Shown here in pieces: positions 20,933-31,588 of a stretch of 64,000 nucleotides of DNA; positions within the stretch are counted from its first letter, which is position 1; the number at the start of each line of letters is the position of its first letter. The stretch is from NCBI GenBank assembly GCA_022822785.1, contig JAJEAL010000117.1:4747-68746 (forward strand), read 5' to 3'. A model generated the notes under the pieces. That model was not told where the DNA came from, did not search any database, and saw only the letters and a program-made list of their open reading frames with translations. Source of the stretch: Candidatus Poribacteria bacterium. Lineage in GTDB: Bacteria; Poribacteria; WGA-4E; PCPOR2b. The position numbers and the translations under genes were made by a program.

Positions 20933-21323
20933 TCGATAAGACCTCTGCTCTCGCTTGAGCGGCGCTTCTGCCACTCTTGAGACGGTGGATTTGTGCGCCG
21001 GTTTTAGTGTGACGGGTTGATATGAGCCACTATTTTACAAGGTTGGTGTGGGTTTGTCAATAAAGTTGCGGACATGAGTGGGTGTGTGAATCTATCAATC
21101 AGAGCGGTTGGTTTAAGTTGACCTAAAGTTTACCAATTTCCCCAAATCCTTCGTATATTTTCTCTTTTATTAAGAGACTATTTTTTATCGAATTCGTCAA
21201 ATTATAAACCTATTGATCTACGGGTTGAGCTGTGGTACTATTGTAGATAGGCGGCAGCTCATACACTTAGGCTGCGTTGCGTCAACATTGCGGGAAAAGG
21301 TGCTGGCAGAAAGGATAAAAAAA

Positions 21324-23561
21324 GTGAGATTGAATCGAACGACATTAAATATTGGAATAGTGACAGCATTGTGCTTTTGGATCTTCGTGAACGGTGTGCT
21401 AGCCAAAGAATTGACCTTGAACGATATCTTCCCCACTGATCGGGTGCTGGATGTGCAAATCACCGTCGCGGATAAGGATTGGGATACAATTCGCTATCAA
21501 TCACGAAATTTTTTCTCGGCACTGCATGAGAGCCGCAAAGTCGCCCCACCTGAGGCACCCTACACCTACGTCGATGCGAGTGTGACCATTGATGGCGTGA
21601 CATTTCCCAACATTGGACTTCGCAAGAAAGGATTCCTCGGATCGCAAAGCACCACTCGCCCATCGCTCAAGATCAAGCTGAATTACACCGACAAAGACGC
21701 TGGGATTGAAGGCTTGACCAACCTAACACTCAATAACAACCAACAGGACGTCAATCTGGTGAGTCAATTCATGGGGTATGCCCTGTTTAACGCCGCCGGC
21801 TCGCCTGCGCCTAGGTGTGCGTATGCGAAGGTGACAGTCAACGGGCAAAATCTCGGTGTCTATTCGCATGTGGAGACAGTGCGTAAATCATTTCTCAAGC
21901 GTGCCTTCGGTAATAGTGATGGTACGCTGTATGAAGGTCCCTACGTTGATTTTTACGAGGGGTGGTTGGGTAGTTTCGAGCACAAAACCGGCGCAGATGC
22001 AGCAGGACGGGAGAGGATTCAACAACTCATTAAGGTTCTCAGTGGTGATGGCAAAGAAATTGAGGGGGCGATTGGCGAACTAGTTGACCTCAATTCATTC
22101 TACATCTATTGGGTGATGGAGGGGCTGCTGGGATTTTGGGATGGCTACTCCGGCAACAACAACAACTTTTTTATCTACCTCAACCCGGCGACGGACAAAT
22201 TTCACTTCTTACCTTGGGGTGCCGACTCGCTCTTTACCAAGCACAGTAAACTCCAACACCACAACAGAGCCGGCGCACCTATCTCTGTGAAGACCCAAGG
22301 ATTACTCGCACACAAATTGTATCAACGGAAATCTGTTCGGGAGCGTTACGCCAAGACAATGATGGGTATTCTTGAAAGCTATTGGAATGAAGCAGAATTG
22401 TTAGCCGAACTTGACCGGATTGATGCGATGGTTGAACCGCACTTGGTCGAGGCCCAACGCTTCTTTGGGGATAGGGATGAGGGAAAAAGTTATTCACGTG
22501 CAATGGCACGGCAAGAGACACAGAGATTTATCAGTGAGCGTCGTGCCGATATAACGACAGAAATTGCGGGTGGACTGCCGGAATGGAGAGCGGTCCCAGA
22601 TGAGCCGTTCGTTACAAGGGGCGATGATTGGTCTAGGAGACGAGAAAATCCCGCTGGAAGCGATATTTGGAGCGCTATCGCAGCCGGAGATATCAAAGCA
22701 GTTAAGGGGCACTTGGCTAAAGGTGTGGATATCAATGCCAAGGATAGTACATTCGGTTCGACAGCTCTATCGTCGGCGGCGCTGTTAGGGCATACTGAAG
22801 TCATTGCGCTGCTGCTTAAGGCGGGTGCGGATGTCAACGCAATGAATCGGGATGGTAGCACGCCATTGCATAACGCGGCTTTTCTCGGTCAATATGAAGC
22901 AGCTGAACTGCTACTTGATAATGGGGCGGAGGTCAATATCAGGAATGGGGATGGGGCCACACCGTTGGAGGCAGCAGCGGCGGATTGGGAAACCACTCGT
23001 TTTATTCTTGGATTGTTGGAAATAAAGATAGATGAGGAAAAGATAGAAGCCGGCAGAACCAAAGTTGTTGAGCTGCTTCGTCAACATGGTGCAACGACAA
23101 ACGCAAGAAGTGTGAGTAATGTACTGTGTGACGCCGTCAGAAATGGAGATCTTCGGGCCGTCAAGAAGCAGTTGGCGAACGGTGCAGATATCAATGCCGA
23201 GGATAATGAATTTGGAGTAACTGCCTTGTCGTGGGCAACGCTTAGAGGCGATACGGCAATAGCGCAATTTTTAATCGCAAAAGGTGCGGATGTCAATGCG
23301 AAGAATCGAGATGGCAGTACGCCATTGCACAGTGCAGCATTTCTCGGACGCACCGAAATCGCTAAACTGCTGATTCAGAGGGGCGCAGATGTGAACCCAA
23401 AGAACTACAGAGGCGAAACCCTGATTGATGTCTCGATGGTGGATTGGGAAACCACTGCATTTATCGCAGGACTGTTACAGATAAATGTGGAAGCAGGGCA
23501 GGTAAAAGCTGGCAGAACCAAAGTTGTCAAAATCCTTCGCCAACATGGCTCAGAACACTAG
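21324..23561 (+). CDS. Secreted CotH-family kinase fused to C-terminal ankyrin repeats
   Basis: IGLRKKG...RPSLKIKLN, APRCAYAKVTVNGQNLGVYSHVE, WDGYSGNNNNFFIY, LPWGADSLF; then ankyrin repeats (GSTPLHNAAFLG). Confidence 0.9.
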   Translation: MRLNRTTLNIGIVTALCFWIFVNGVLAKELTLNDIFPTDRVLDVQITVADKDWDTIRYQSRNFFSALHESRKVAPPEAPYTYVDASVTIDGVTFPNIGLRKKGFLGSQSTTRPSLKIKLNYTDKDAGIEGLTNLTLNNNQQDVNLVSQFMGYALFNAAGSPAPRCAYAKVTVNGQNLGVYSHVETVRKSFLKRAFGNSDGTLYEGPYVDFYEGWLGSFEHKTGADAAGRERIQQLIKVLSGDGKEIEGAIGELVDLNSFYIYWVMEGLLGFWDGYSGNNNNFFIYLNPATDKFHFLPWGADSLFTKHSKLQHHNRAGAPISVKTQGLLAHKLYQRKSVRERYAKTMMGILESYWNEAELLAELDRIDAMVEPHLVEAQRFFGDRDEGKSYSRAMARQETQRFISERRADITTEIAGGLPEWRAVPDEPFVTRGDDWSRRRENPAGSDIWSAIAAGDIKAVKGHLAKGVDINAKDSTFGSTALSSAALLGHTEVIALLLKAGADVNAMNRDGSTPLHNAAFLGQYEAAELLLDNGAEVNIRNGDGATPLEAAAADWETTRFILGLLEIKIDEEKIEAGRTKVVELLRQHGATTNARSVSNVLCDAVRNGDLRAVKKQLANGADINAEDNEFGVTALSWATLRGDTAIAQFLIAKGADVNAKNRDGSTPLHSAAFLGRTEIAKLLIQRGADVNPKNYRGETLIDVSMVDWETTAFIAGLLQINVEAGQVKAGRTKVVKILRQHGSEH

Positions 23562-24448
23562 TCTTTCTTGTTCAAGGATCGGGCTAGGTTCGGCGGACTT
23601 ATTTGCTGTTGGCGCTTGAGCGCCGTGACAATTTCCGCATTGCCCTCACGCAACGCCATGTCGAGCGGTGTTTCTCCACCATAGGGCTGAAATAGGACTC
23701 TCTTAAATTCCCTGAGGGGCCAGACCAGCGTTGTGACCTCGATTGTCCATTCGGCGAACTGCTTCGGGTCACTTATTCGGCTGACTGTTTTGAGCGACGG
23801 GTTGGCGCCGTGGTCGAGTAGCATCCGAACCATCCGCAGATTGCCCAACCGGGCGGCGAAATGTAACGGTGTCTCCTTGCCGTATCGCACGAAATGTTCG
23901 TTATCCATAATAGGCTCATCATCAAGTCCGCTTAACGCTTGTGCATTGACATCTGCCCCTGCTTTAATTAGGGTATAGGCTTGTGCGAGGTGGGTGTTGT
24001 CATCGTGACGTGCCTGAACATGGAGCAAAGTTTCGCCGTTGTAGGTCCATGCGAAATTCGGATCCAGTCCATTTTCCATCATGAGTAGGAAGGAATCGAA
24101 GTTGGTGACCCCGATGGCATGGAACCCAAGATAGCACGGTTGGTTGATGTCCGTCCCTTGACTGAGGAGATACCGGTTAATCTCATAATCGGTGCTGGGC
24201 CAATGCGTGCCTAAATCACTGTTATTTACGTCCGCACCTGCTTCTACGAGCGCCTTAACTTTATTGAGATTTTTGAGGTTGATGCTCGCACTAAAGAGCG
24301 GTCCCCACTGCCGGATTCTTCCGTTCGGTGATGTGTGATTCACTTTCACGTTCACGAGTTCCGGTGATTCGGCGAGCATTTGTCGAACTGTCTGTGCATC
24401 TGCTTTTTCAAATTCTGTTTGCCAACGTTCGGTGAGTCCTTGGTTCAT
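23558..24448 (-). CDS. Ankyrin repeat protein
   Basis: GETLLHVQA, KETPLHFAARLGNLRMVRMLLDHGAN, GETPLDMALREGN; RBS aggag. Confidence 0.88.
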   Translation of the reverse strand: MNQGLTERWQTEFEKADAQTVRQMLAESPELVNVKVNHTSPNGRIRQWGPLFSASINLKNLNKVKALVEAGADVNNSDLGTHWPSTDYEINRYLLSQGTDINQPCYLGFHAIGVTNFDSFLLMMENGLDPNFAWTYNGETLLHVQARHDDNTHLAQAYTLIKAGADVNAQALSGLDDEPIMDNEHFVRYGKETPLHFAARLGNLRMVRMLLDHGANPSLKTVSRISDPKQFAEWTIEVTTLVWPLREFKRVLFQPYGGETPLDMALREGNAEIVTALKRQQQISPPNLARSLNKKD

Positions 24449-24585
24449 TTCTTCTCCTTTTTAACGGAAAACCGGTGGATTTTCAATAGGTGGTAACTTA
24501 GTTTACTGTGCACCAATCGTTGCAAAATGTGAAATGATAGATGCAATTATAACATAACATATGTTAAGTATCAAGGAAAAACCCC

Positions 24586-25320
24586 ATGAAAGAACTATTG
24601 GAATTTTATAAGAAGAACGATTACGTTATTGTCCCGGACGCTCTATCTTCTGATGAAGTTTGTACTATTAATGAAATCATAGATCGCGACCTCGTCGAGA
24701 ATCCGGCGATGTGGTTTGAGCGGGAAGACGGCCATTATCAACTCAATGTCCATCTGCTGATTACACATCCCGATATTGATTTCACCATGCGTCCGCCGCG
24801 GCTGTTGCCGTTGCTGGAAACGATTATGGGACCTGATTTATGTGCGGAAGAACATTCGGTACGCATTCGCAGGCCCAATCCCGATGGTCCCACCAGTTGC
24901 CGCTGGCACCGTGATGTCGGTCCCGGCGCAAATGAAATTCCCCACTCCACCCCGTATATCTCTGTTGTCTTTTACCTGAACGATGTAGATGATACGACGC
25001 ATACCTTTAGCGTACTGCCCGGTTCGGCGCATACGAGAGAGCAGCCGCTTGACGCTTATGACCTCACCCAAGCGCACCATATCACCGGTGCTGCGGGCAC
25101 CGCTGTCCTGTTCAACGCGATAATGTTCCACGCTGGCAATGTCCGGCAGACCTCCGCAGAACGTCGGACCATTCATCTTTACTGTGGTCGTACCACAGAT
25201 CGCTACTTAAGCAATTATACCATTTTCCCACGCCGACTGTCGGAAGGTAAGGACGAAGCCACCCAAAAATACTACAGTCGTCCCAATCCAATTACCAAAT
25301 TGCTGTTAAAGCGGTTTTAG
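24586..25320 (+). CDS. Phytanoyl-CoA dioxygenase (PhyH) family Fe(II)/2OG oxygenase
   Basis: WHRD iron motif, VLPGSA, FHAG...ERR. Confidence 0.88.
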   Translation: MKELLEFYKKNDYVIVPDALSSDEVCTINEIIDRDLVENPAMWFEREDGHYQLNVHLLITHPDIDFTMRPPRLLPLLETIMGPDLCAEEHSVRIRRPNPDGPTSCRWHRDVGPGANEIPHSTPYISVVFYLNDVDDTTHTFSVLPGSAHTREQPLDAYDLTQAHHITGAAGTAVLFNAIMFHAGNVRQTSAERRTIHLYCGRTTDRYLSNYTIFPRRLSEGKDEATQKYYSRPNPITKLLLKRF

Positions 25321-25403
25321 ATAGAGAACAGCATTCATTTCTTATAAAGCGAGGAGTTCGTTCGGATAAATCGTTACACCTATTTAGTCTACGGAGGAAT
25401 CAG

Positions 25404-26291
25404 ATGGCAACATCAGATGTGATGTCTATAATTCAAGATGTTACGGCTCAGACAGAAGGGGTTATCGGAGTCGCCGCGAAACATCTGGAGACAGGGGTGC
25501 ATGTTCACTATAACGCCGATACAGTATTCTTCACGGCTAGCACACTGAAAGTGCCGTTATTAGTAGAATTGTACCGGCAGGTCGATGCGGGCATCATTGA
25601 CGTGAACCAACGCATTGAGCTGACCGAAGCTTTACGGGTGCCTGGGTCCGGTGTTCTCAAGGAGCTTTCATCGGGGCTTAAACCGACCGTTCACGATTTG
25701 GCGATGCTTATGATTATCATCAGTGATAATACCGCTACCGATATACTTTACAACCGGGTTGGAGGAGATAACATCAACAGTACAATGCGGCAGCTAGGGC
25801 TGCACCACACCCATATCCCAATGACCTGTCGTGAACTGCTCTACAGCATTACTGGACTTGAGGTAGAAAATCCCGCGCACACCTATCAGCTAGCGTCGGA
25901 TCGTTTGAAAAAGGGGGAGTTTGTCTTAGAGGGTAATGGCTTCTCCGAAGATAAGTCCGATGTGTCGTCACCGAACGATATGTGCCGTTTGCTGGAGCTG
26001 ATTTACGAGGGCGATATCCTCTCGGCCCAGGCACGGGAGGCAGTTTTGGATATCCTCAAGCGTCAGCAGTTGAGCACGGTTATTCCGCACGCTCTTCCGT
26101 CGGGAACGGTGGTTGCCCACAAAACTGGCAGCTACCGCAGCGTCCGGTGCGATGTGGGTATCGTATTTTCCCCTACAGGTCCATATACCGTAGCGATCAT
26201 GGCGAAACAGATAGCAGCTGGCGATCGATTGAGCGTAGATACCGGTCTTGCTGCTGTCTCTAAAGCGGTGTACGACGAATTGGCTGGATAG
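25404..26291 (+). CDS. Class A beta-lactamase-like serine hydrolase
   Basis: ASTLK (SxxK), SDN, HKTG; no signal peptide. Confidence 0.9.
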   Translation: MATSDVMSIIQDVTAQTEGVIGVAAKHLETGVHVHYNADTVFFTASTLKVPLLVELYRQVDAGIIDVNQRIELTEALRVPGSGVLKELSSGLKPTVHDLAMLMIIISDNTATDILYNRVGGDNINSTMRQLGLHHTHIPMTCRELLYSITGLEVENPAHTYQLASDRLKKGEFVLEGNGFSEDKSDVSSPNDMCRLLELIYEGDILSAQAREAVLDILKRQQLSTVIPHALPSGTVVAHKTGSYRSVRCDVGIVFSPTGPYTVAIMAKQIAAGDRLSVDTGLAAVSKAVYDELAG

Positions 26292-26328
26292 CCAATCTAC
26301 CCCCCGCTCGGTGAGGAGATGATTAAAT

Positions 26329-27144
26329 CTACTCTAGAACCGGACGGTCTAGCCGTGTGTGATAGGGTGGTTCGAGTACGGCCCTTTGTTCCGGCGTTAA
26401 TCCTTCAAGCATTGACTGGGGCCAATTGGGGAAGTAACCTTTGGCGTATGCCAAATTGCCCGGCGAGTATCGGAAGAGCAGAGAACGCCGTTGGTGGTCT
26501 GCCTTCCAAGGCAGCGTTCCATGCGTAGTGGCTTCCGTAAAAATAACAACGTCGCCGGCTTTGCCTGTAACCTGCCGAATGTGCTCTTGATACATTTCAT
26601 AGCGTTTCATTTCGGGAGGGCAGGCAAGGTTGCCCTTGTGACTCCCCGGAATTAAGCAAAGCCCACCATCTCCCGGATTGACATCAGCGAGTTGCCACGC
26701 CACAACGGTTAATCCACAGTGCATCCTTCCATCTTTGAAGATGTAATACTGGTGTGGATCGAAGCCGGGCCCAGAAGAACCGTGGAATACATGTCCTTCT
26801 GCTCCCTTGCGCATGGTGATTAGTCCGGGGTTGTGATCCATACGGAATCCCTTTCCTAAGATACCGTGAAGATAGGGCACAATTTTCGGATGGGCAAGCA
26901 TATTCCGGAAAGGTTCGCACCACGGTTTTTCCCAGCTCAACATTCCGCCGAGGTCGCCGCGTCCGGTGATGCCTTCCAAGGATTTGGAACCCCCTGACAA
27001 CGAAAGTTCTCCGACACGCTCGCGGATGCTGTCTGCATGATGGTCAATTGCTTCATTGCACGACGTTACTTCATCGGGAGTTAAGACGTTCTCGACAACT
27101 AGATAACCGTTGAGGTCAAAAAGATATTTTTCATGTTCGTTCAT
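26329..27144 (-). CDS. PhyH family Fe(II)/2OG oxygenase
   Basis: YLFDLNGYLVV, FHGS, GGLCLIPGSHK, AGDVVIFTEATTHG, RRSLLFRY. Confidence 0.88.
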   Translation of the reverse strand: MNEHEKYLFDLNGYLVVENVLTPDEVTSCNEAIDHHADSIRERVGELSLSGGSKSLEGITGRGDLGGMLSWEKPWCEPFRNMLAHPKIVPYLHGILGKGFRMDHNPGLITMRKGAEGHVFHGSSGPGFDPHQYYIFKDGRMHCGLTVVAWQLADVNPGDGGLCLIPGSHKGNLACPPEMKRYEMYQEHIRQVTGKAGDVVIFTEATTHGTLPWKADHQRRSLLFRYSPGNLAYAKGYFPNWPQSMLEGLTPEQRAVLEPPYHTRLDRPVLE

Positions 27145-27211
27145 TGTGGTATTCCTCTATGAGCGTTGGGGTGATTAAAAGTATGTTATGATGTCGCTTG
27201 TGGATAGCTCT

Positions 27212-28063
27212 TCAGGGAGCTTGGGGACAGTGCTGATTCCAACCGGGTCTTGGCATGAAACCGAGCATCCGCTGCGCCTTTTTTGTACTGATGACACTTG
27301 CGTTGTCCTTAAGCGCTCCACGAATCTCGACGCGGTCCCCAAAGTTTTGCTGAATCAGCTCGACTGTCGGTTCGCGGAATCGTGTGGTCGGTTGAGCGAG
27401 CAGGAATGGTTCGTGTCCCTCTAGGTCTGCCTGAAGTGCTAGCACATGGGCATCGGCCACGTCGCGGGGATCGGCGTACGCCCACATCACGAGTGTAGTT
27501 GGATTGTCTGGTGTGGGTGCGGGCAAGGGAAACTCGGTCTGTCGCTCTGGGGGAACGACATTCGTGAAGCGTAGGCTTGCCACAGAGGTCGTTGAGCTTC
27601 GGGCAACCATTTCGCCGATGCACTCGCCGATTTGCTTCGACAATCCGTAAGGTTCAAAGGGCATCATCGGGTGTTCTTCGTCGAGCGGTAGGTACACCGG
27701 CACGAAGGCGCGTGGATCATGCGCCCATCCCATGGCGAACGCACTGGAGGAGAACACCACCCGGCGGAGCTTTTTTTCTGCCGCTGCCCAAAGGACATTA
27801 AATGTGCTCTGGATGTTGTTTTCAAAAACCTCGTGCGGAGTATCGCCCCTGGGCCCCGGAATCGCGCCCATGTGAATCACCGCCTCTGCGTCTGCCAACA
27901 GCTGCGTTGTCTGTTCAGCGTTGCAGAGATCCGCTTGAACAAATGGCGATCGCGACTCACTGTAGGGCACACGGTCTGTTCCTAATACGTCATATCCCTT
28001 TCCGATGAGACGTTGGACAACGCGTCTACCAAGTCGTCCCGCGGCTCCTGTGACTACAATCAT
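27212..28063 (-). CDS. NAD-dependent epimerase/dehydratase
   Basis: VTGAAGRLG Rossmann motif, FSSS, YGLSK. Confidence 0.92.
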   Translation of the reverse strand: MIVVTGAAGRLGRRVVQRLIGKGYDVLGTDRVPYSESRSPFVQADLCNAEQTTQLLADAEAVIHMGAIPGPRGDTPHEVFENNIQSTFNVLWAAAEKKLRRVVFSSSAFAMGWAHDPRAFVPVYLPLDEEHPMMPFEPYGLSKQIGECIGEMVARSSTTSVASLRFTNVVPPERQTEFPLPAPTPDNPTTLVMWAYADPRDVADAHVLALQADLEGHEPFLLAQPTTRFREPTVELIQQNFGDRVEIRGALKDNASVISTKKAQRMLGFMPRPGWNQHCPQAP

Positions 28064-28300
28064 AATCTTTGCCCTTCTCGCCTTAGATAGATTCTCGTTT
28101 GAAACCGTTCACGTAATGTAAATTGTACCAAACACAGGATCTATGATCAATCAAAAAGGGCATGTTGGTGGAGAGATGCCAATACTTGGATAAGCGTAAG
28201 GACGGTATTAGCGGCTTGAAATTTTGAGGTTTTCCTTCTATGATATAAGGGAATCGGGCAGTTGAGTGAGTACAGTGATATACTGATTCTAGGAGATATG

Positions 28301-29296
28301 ATGAAAAATTCAGCGAATATGTCCTATAAAGTGTTTCTGATTCTTAGTGTGTTCCTGTTTATTTGGTGTATGTTTGTCGGGCGGGTATATGCTGAAGCGG
28401 AGATCGACAAAATACATTTCCTCATCCCTGCTGGCGCCGGTGGCGGGTGGGACGGAACCGCTCGGGGTGTGGGTGAAGCGCTAACGCAATCGAAGCTCAT
28501 CAAACGCGCGTCATATCAGAATATGTCCGGCGGTAGTGGCGGAAAGGGAATTGCGTATCTTATCAAAACGGCGAGGCGGCAGCAGGAAACATTGCTGGTC
28601 AATTCAACCCCAATCCTTATCCGCTCTTTGCAAAAGGTTTTTCCACACACCTTTCGGGATTTGACACCTGTTGCCGCTGTGATTGCGGATTACGGTGTGT
28701 TTGCTACCCGTCACGATTCGGAGTTTCAGCGTTGGGAAGATGTCCTCGTTGCTTTTCGAGCTAATCCGCGTCAACTCAGGGTTGGAGGCGGGTCGGGGCA
28801 GCGTAGTATGGATGGCTTGGTTGCTGCACTGGCGTTTAAGGCAGCGGGGGGTGATCCCAAAACGGTGCGATACATTCCTTACGATGGCGGCGGTAAGGCA
28901 CTCGCTGGATTGCTTTCGGGAGAAACAGAGATTTTATCGACCGGGTTGGGAGAGGCACTGGAGCAGCACAAGGCAGGACAGGTTCGCATCCTTGCTATCA
29001 CTGCGGAGAAGCGATCTGCCGCTGTTCCTGATGTGCCGACTTTGAAAGAATTGGGATACGATTGCACTTTTGTCAACTGGCGCGGTTTCTTCGGTCCACC
29101 GGGGTTAGCTGAGGCGCAAGTTGCCGACTATGCCGACCTGCTTAAAAAGATGTATGAAACGTCGGCTTGGGAGACAGTGCGCGTGCGTAACGGTTGGGAG
29201 AATCTCTTCAAGCCGGGGAAGGAATTCTCGACCTTTTTGGAAGCACAAGAGAAAGTCATTGGTGAGCTGATGGGGGAACTTGGTTTTCTTGAATAA
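28301..29296 (+). CDS. tctC: Tripartite tricarboxylate transporter substrate-binding protein
   Basis: IPAGAGGGWDGTAR, PDVPTLKELG, NWRGFFGPPG; first of tctCBA; RBS aggag before ATG 28301. Confidence 0.93.
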   Translation: MKNSANMSYKVFLILSVFLFIWCMFVGRVYAEAEIDKIHFLIPAGAGGGWDGTARGVGEALTQSKLIKRASYQNMSGGSGGKGIAYLIKTARRQQETLLVNSTPILIRSLQKVFPHTFRDLTPVAAVIADYGVFATRHDSEFQRWEDVLVAFRANPRQLRVGGGSGQRSMDGLVAALAFKAAGGDPKTVRYIPYDGGGKALAGLLSGETEILSTGLGEALEQHKAGQVRILAITAEKRSAAVPDVPTLKELGYDCTFVNWRGFFGPPGLAEAQVADYADLLKKMYETSAWETVRVRNGWENLFKPGKEFSTFLEAQEKVIGELMGELGFLE

Positions 29297-29391
29297 TATA
29301 ATCTGTTCAACCGTCTGATAACGATTCGGGGAGTGGCTCTCCCGGTTAAGAAATTATATGGAAGGCGATACAACGCTCAAAGCGGAGATTA

Positions 29392-29880
29392 ATGACACGA
29401 GATAAAACGGGAGCACTGGTCATCCTCATCTTTTCAATAGTTTACGGCGCGATGGCGCTGAATATTCCAGAGGCACCCGGAGTCGAAAGCTCCGGCGTGA
29501 CCCCTGCTAGCTTGCCGCTAGCGCTAAGTGTAACAGGGGTTGTTGCCTCTCTGCTGATATTAATACTTCCGGCCGCCCGGCATAGCAATCGTGATGGAGA
29601 TGGAGCTGCTTTCACGGCTGCCTTTAAGGGACTGAACTGGAAGTGTACAGTTTTTCTCTTTTTATTCATGATCGGTTATGGATTGATACTCAAACCCCTT
29701 GGATTCTTAATTTCTACGATCCTTTTTCTTTGCGGTGGATTTTGGGCGATGGGGGAACGGCGAATCAAGCTGATGCTGTTGGTTTCAATCGGTATGGCCG
29801 TCAGTTTCTGGTTCGTTTTGACACAACTGTTGCGAATCTATCTTGAACCCGGTTTATTGCGTTTCTTGGAGATAAATTAG
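29392..29880 (+). CDS. tctB: Tripartite tricarboxylate transporter small membrane subunit
   Basis: 4-5 TM helices, LGFLIST motif, lies between tctC and tctA. Confidence 0.88.
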   Translation: MTRDKTGALVILIFSIVYGAMALNIPEAPGVESSGVTPASLPLALSVTGVVASLLILILPAARHSNRDGDGAAFTAAFKGLNWKCTVFLFLFMIGYGLILKPLGFLISTILFLCGGFWAMGERRIKLMLLVSIGMAVSFWFVLTQLLRIYLEPGLLRFLEIN

Positions 29881-29937
29881 CCCGTGTCGTTTTTGAATCA
29901 ATAGGATTAGACTGGCTAACAGCTTGGAGTTAAATCA

Positions 29938-31452
29938 ATGGTATTAGAAGGGATAATGACGGGGTTCTCAACGGCATTTACCCTCACCAATATTTTGATG
30001 GTGGCTCTGGGCGTTTTTGCTGGTACATTCATTGGCATGTTACCCGGCTTGGGTCCAATTTCAGCAATCGCTCTGATGATTCCAATAACTTACGGTTTTG
30101 AGCCGTCATCGGGGCTGATTCTGATGTCGGGTGTCTATTACGGGGCGGTTTTTGGTGGATCAACTTCTTCAATACTGCTGAATGCGCCGGGGGTTGCTGG
30201 GACTGTTGCGACAGCGTTTGACGGGTATCCTCTCGCACAAGCAGGGAAGGCCGGGAAGGCGCTCGCCACCGCCGCGTACTCATCATTTGCCGGCGGAACA
30301 ATTGGTGCGATGTTTTTGCTCTTTGCGGCGCCGGCGCTTGCTGTCGTCTCGCTGAGCTTCCAATCTGCTGACTATTTTGCGTTGATGGTCATGGGACTCA
30401 CCGCTGTCTCGGCTTTTACGGGAAAGGGGCAATTCCTAAAGGCTGCGCTGATGACAGTTTTGGGGGTGATGTTATCCACTGTCGGTACCGATAATTCAAC
30501 AGGGATTCAACGTTTCACACTGGGCCAACTTGACCTAATCGACGGCATCAGTTTTCTGCTTCTTGCTATGGCAACGTTTGCCCTTTCCGAAGCGCTCACT
30601 GCTGCGTTAAGACCGGAGGGTACATCTGACACTACCCGTATCGTAGTCAAAGAAAAATTTGGTAGCCTTAAGGTTTCAAGACAGGAATTTACGGAAATCG
30701 CACCGAGTATTGGTCGGTCTTCTGTGTTAGGTTTCTTTATCGGTGTGCTACCGGGCGCCGGCGCAACAATCGCCTCTTTTCTGGCTTACGGGATGGAGCA
30801 AGCACTCGCAAAGGGGAAAGCAAAGCTCCAATTTGGCAAGGGGAGCTTAAAAGGGCTCACAGCACCCGAGACGGCGAATAATGCAGCCTCAACAGGGTCA
30901 TTTGTGCCGTTACTCACTCTGGGTATTCCAGGATCTGGGACAACCGCTGTGATGTTGGGGGCGCTAATTTCTTACGGGGTGCAACCGGGTCCGCGGTTGT
31001 TTGCGGAAAGCCCCGAAGTATTCTGGTCAGTGATTGTATCGATGTATTTGGGGAACATTGTTTTATTGATTCTGAATCTTCCCTTGATTCCTTATATTGC
31101 TCGGCTGCTCACCGTGCCGAAACCGCTTCTCGTTCCGTTTGTCCTTTTCTTTTCCCTAATCGGTGTTTACTTGGTTTCTTTCAATAATTTTGATATTTAT
31201 CTGATGGTGGGGTTTGCCGCCTGTGCCCTCTTTTTTCGGCTCCTCGATTTTCCGATGGCACCGATGTTGCTAGGGTTTGTATTGGGCGGGCTGCTTGAAG
31301 AAAATCTGAGGCGTGCACTTCTCATTAACGATGGGGCGCTCTCTTTCCTATGGACTCGCCCTATCACGCTGAGCATTCTAATTATTACGGTAGTTGTGCT
31401 ATGCTTGCCCTTGTACCGGTCCTTAGTGGAGAGACTCAGAGAGCGTTCCTAG
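29938..31452 (+). CDS. tctA: Tripartite tricarboxylate transporter large permease
   Basis: GMLPGLGP, GVLPGAGATIASF, APETANNA, PLLTLGIPGS. Confidence 0.95.
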   Translation: MVLEGIMTGFSTAFTLTNILMVALGVFAGTFIGMLPGLGPISAIALMIPITYGFEPSSGLILMSGVYYGAVFGGSTSSILLNAPGVAGTVATAFDGYPLAQAGKAGKALATAAYSSFAGGTIGAMFLLFAAPALAVVSLSFQSADYFALMVMGLTAVSAFTGKGQFLKAALMTVLGVMLSTVGTDNSTGIQRFTLGQLDLIDGISFLLLAMATFALSEALTAALRPEGTSDTTRIVVKEKFGSLKVSRQEFTEIAPSIGRSSVLGFFIGVLPGAGATIASFLAYGMEQALAKGKAKLQFGKGSLKGLTAPETANNAASTGSFVPLLTLGIPGSGTTAVMLGALISYGVQPGPRLFAESPEVFWSVIVSMYLGNIVLLILNLPLIPYIARLLTVPKPLLVPFVLFFSLIGVYLVSFNNFDIYLMVGFAACALFFRLLDFPMAPMLLGFVLGGLLEENLRRALLINDGALSFLWTRPITLSILIITVVVLCLPLYRSLVERLRERS

Positions 31453-31588
31453 TTGAAGGCAAAACGATGGGAGGGTTTTAATGGACTCTCTCTTTTATTG
31501 TTGACTAATTTTTCGGATTGATGTTTGTTTAACCGTTTGCTATCCTATAGATAGCCGTGCCAGATTGGTATTTAGTGAGGAAGCCCGT

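Noticed and set aside
25404-26291. Bona fide beta-lactam resistance gene
   Set aside because: No signal peptide and no clear class A omega-loop ExxLN motif; better called a beta-lactamase-like serine hydrolase.
31533-31563. Possible sigma-54 promoter (TGGCACG on the minus strand)
   Set aside because: The -12 TTGC element is not at the required spacing and the orientation points away from any gene start.
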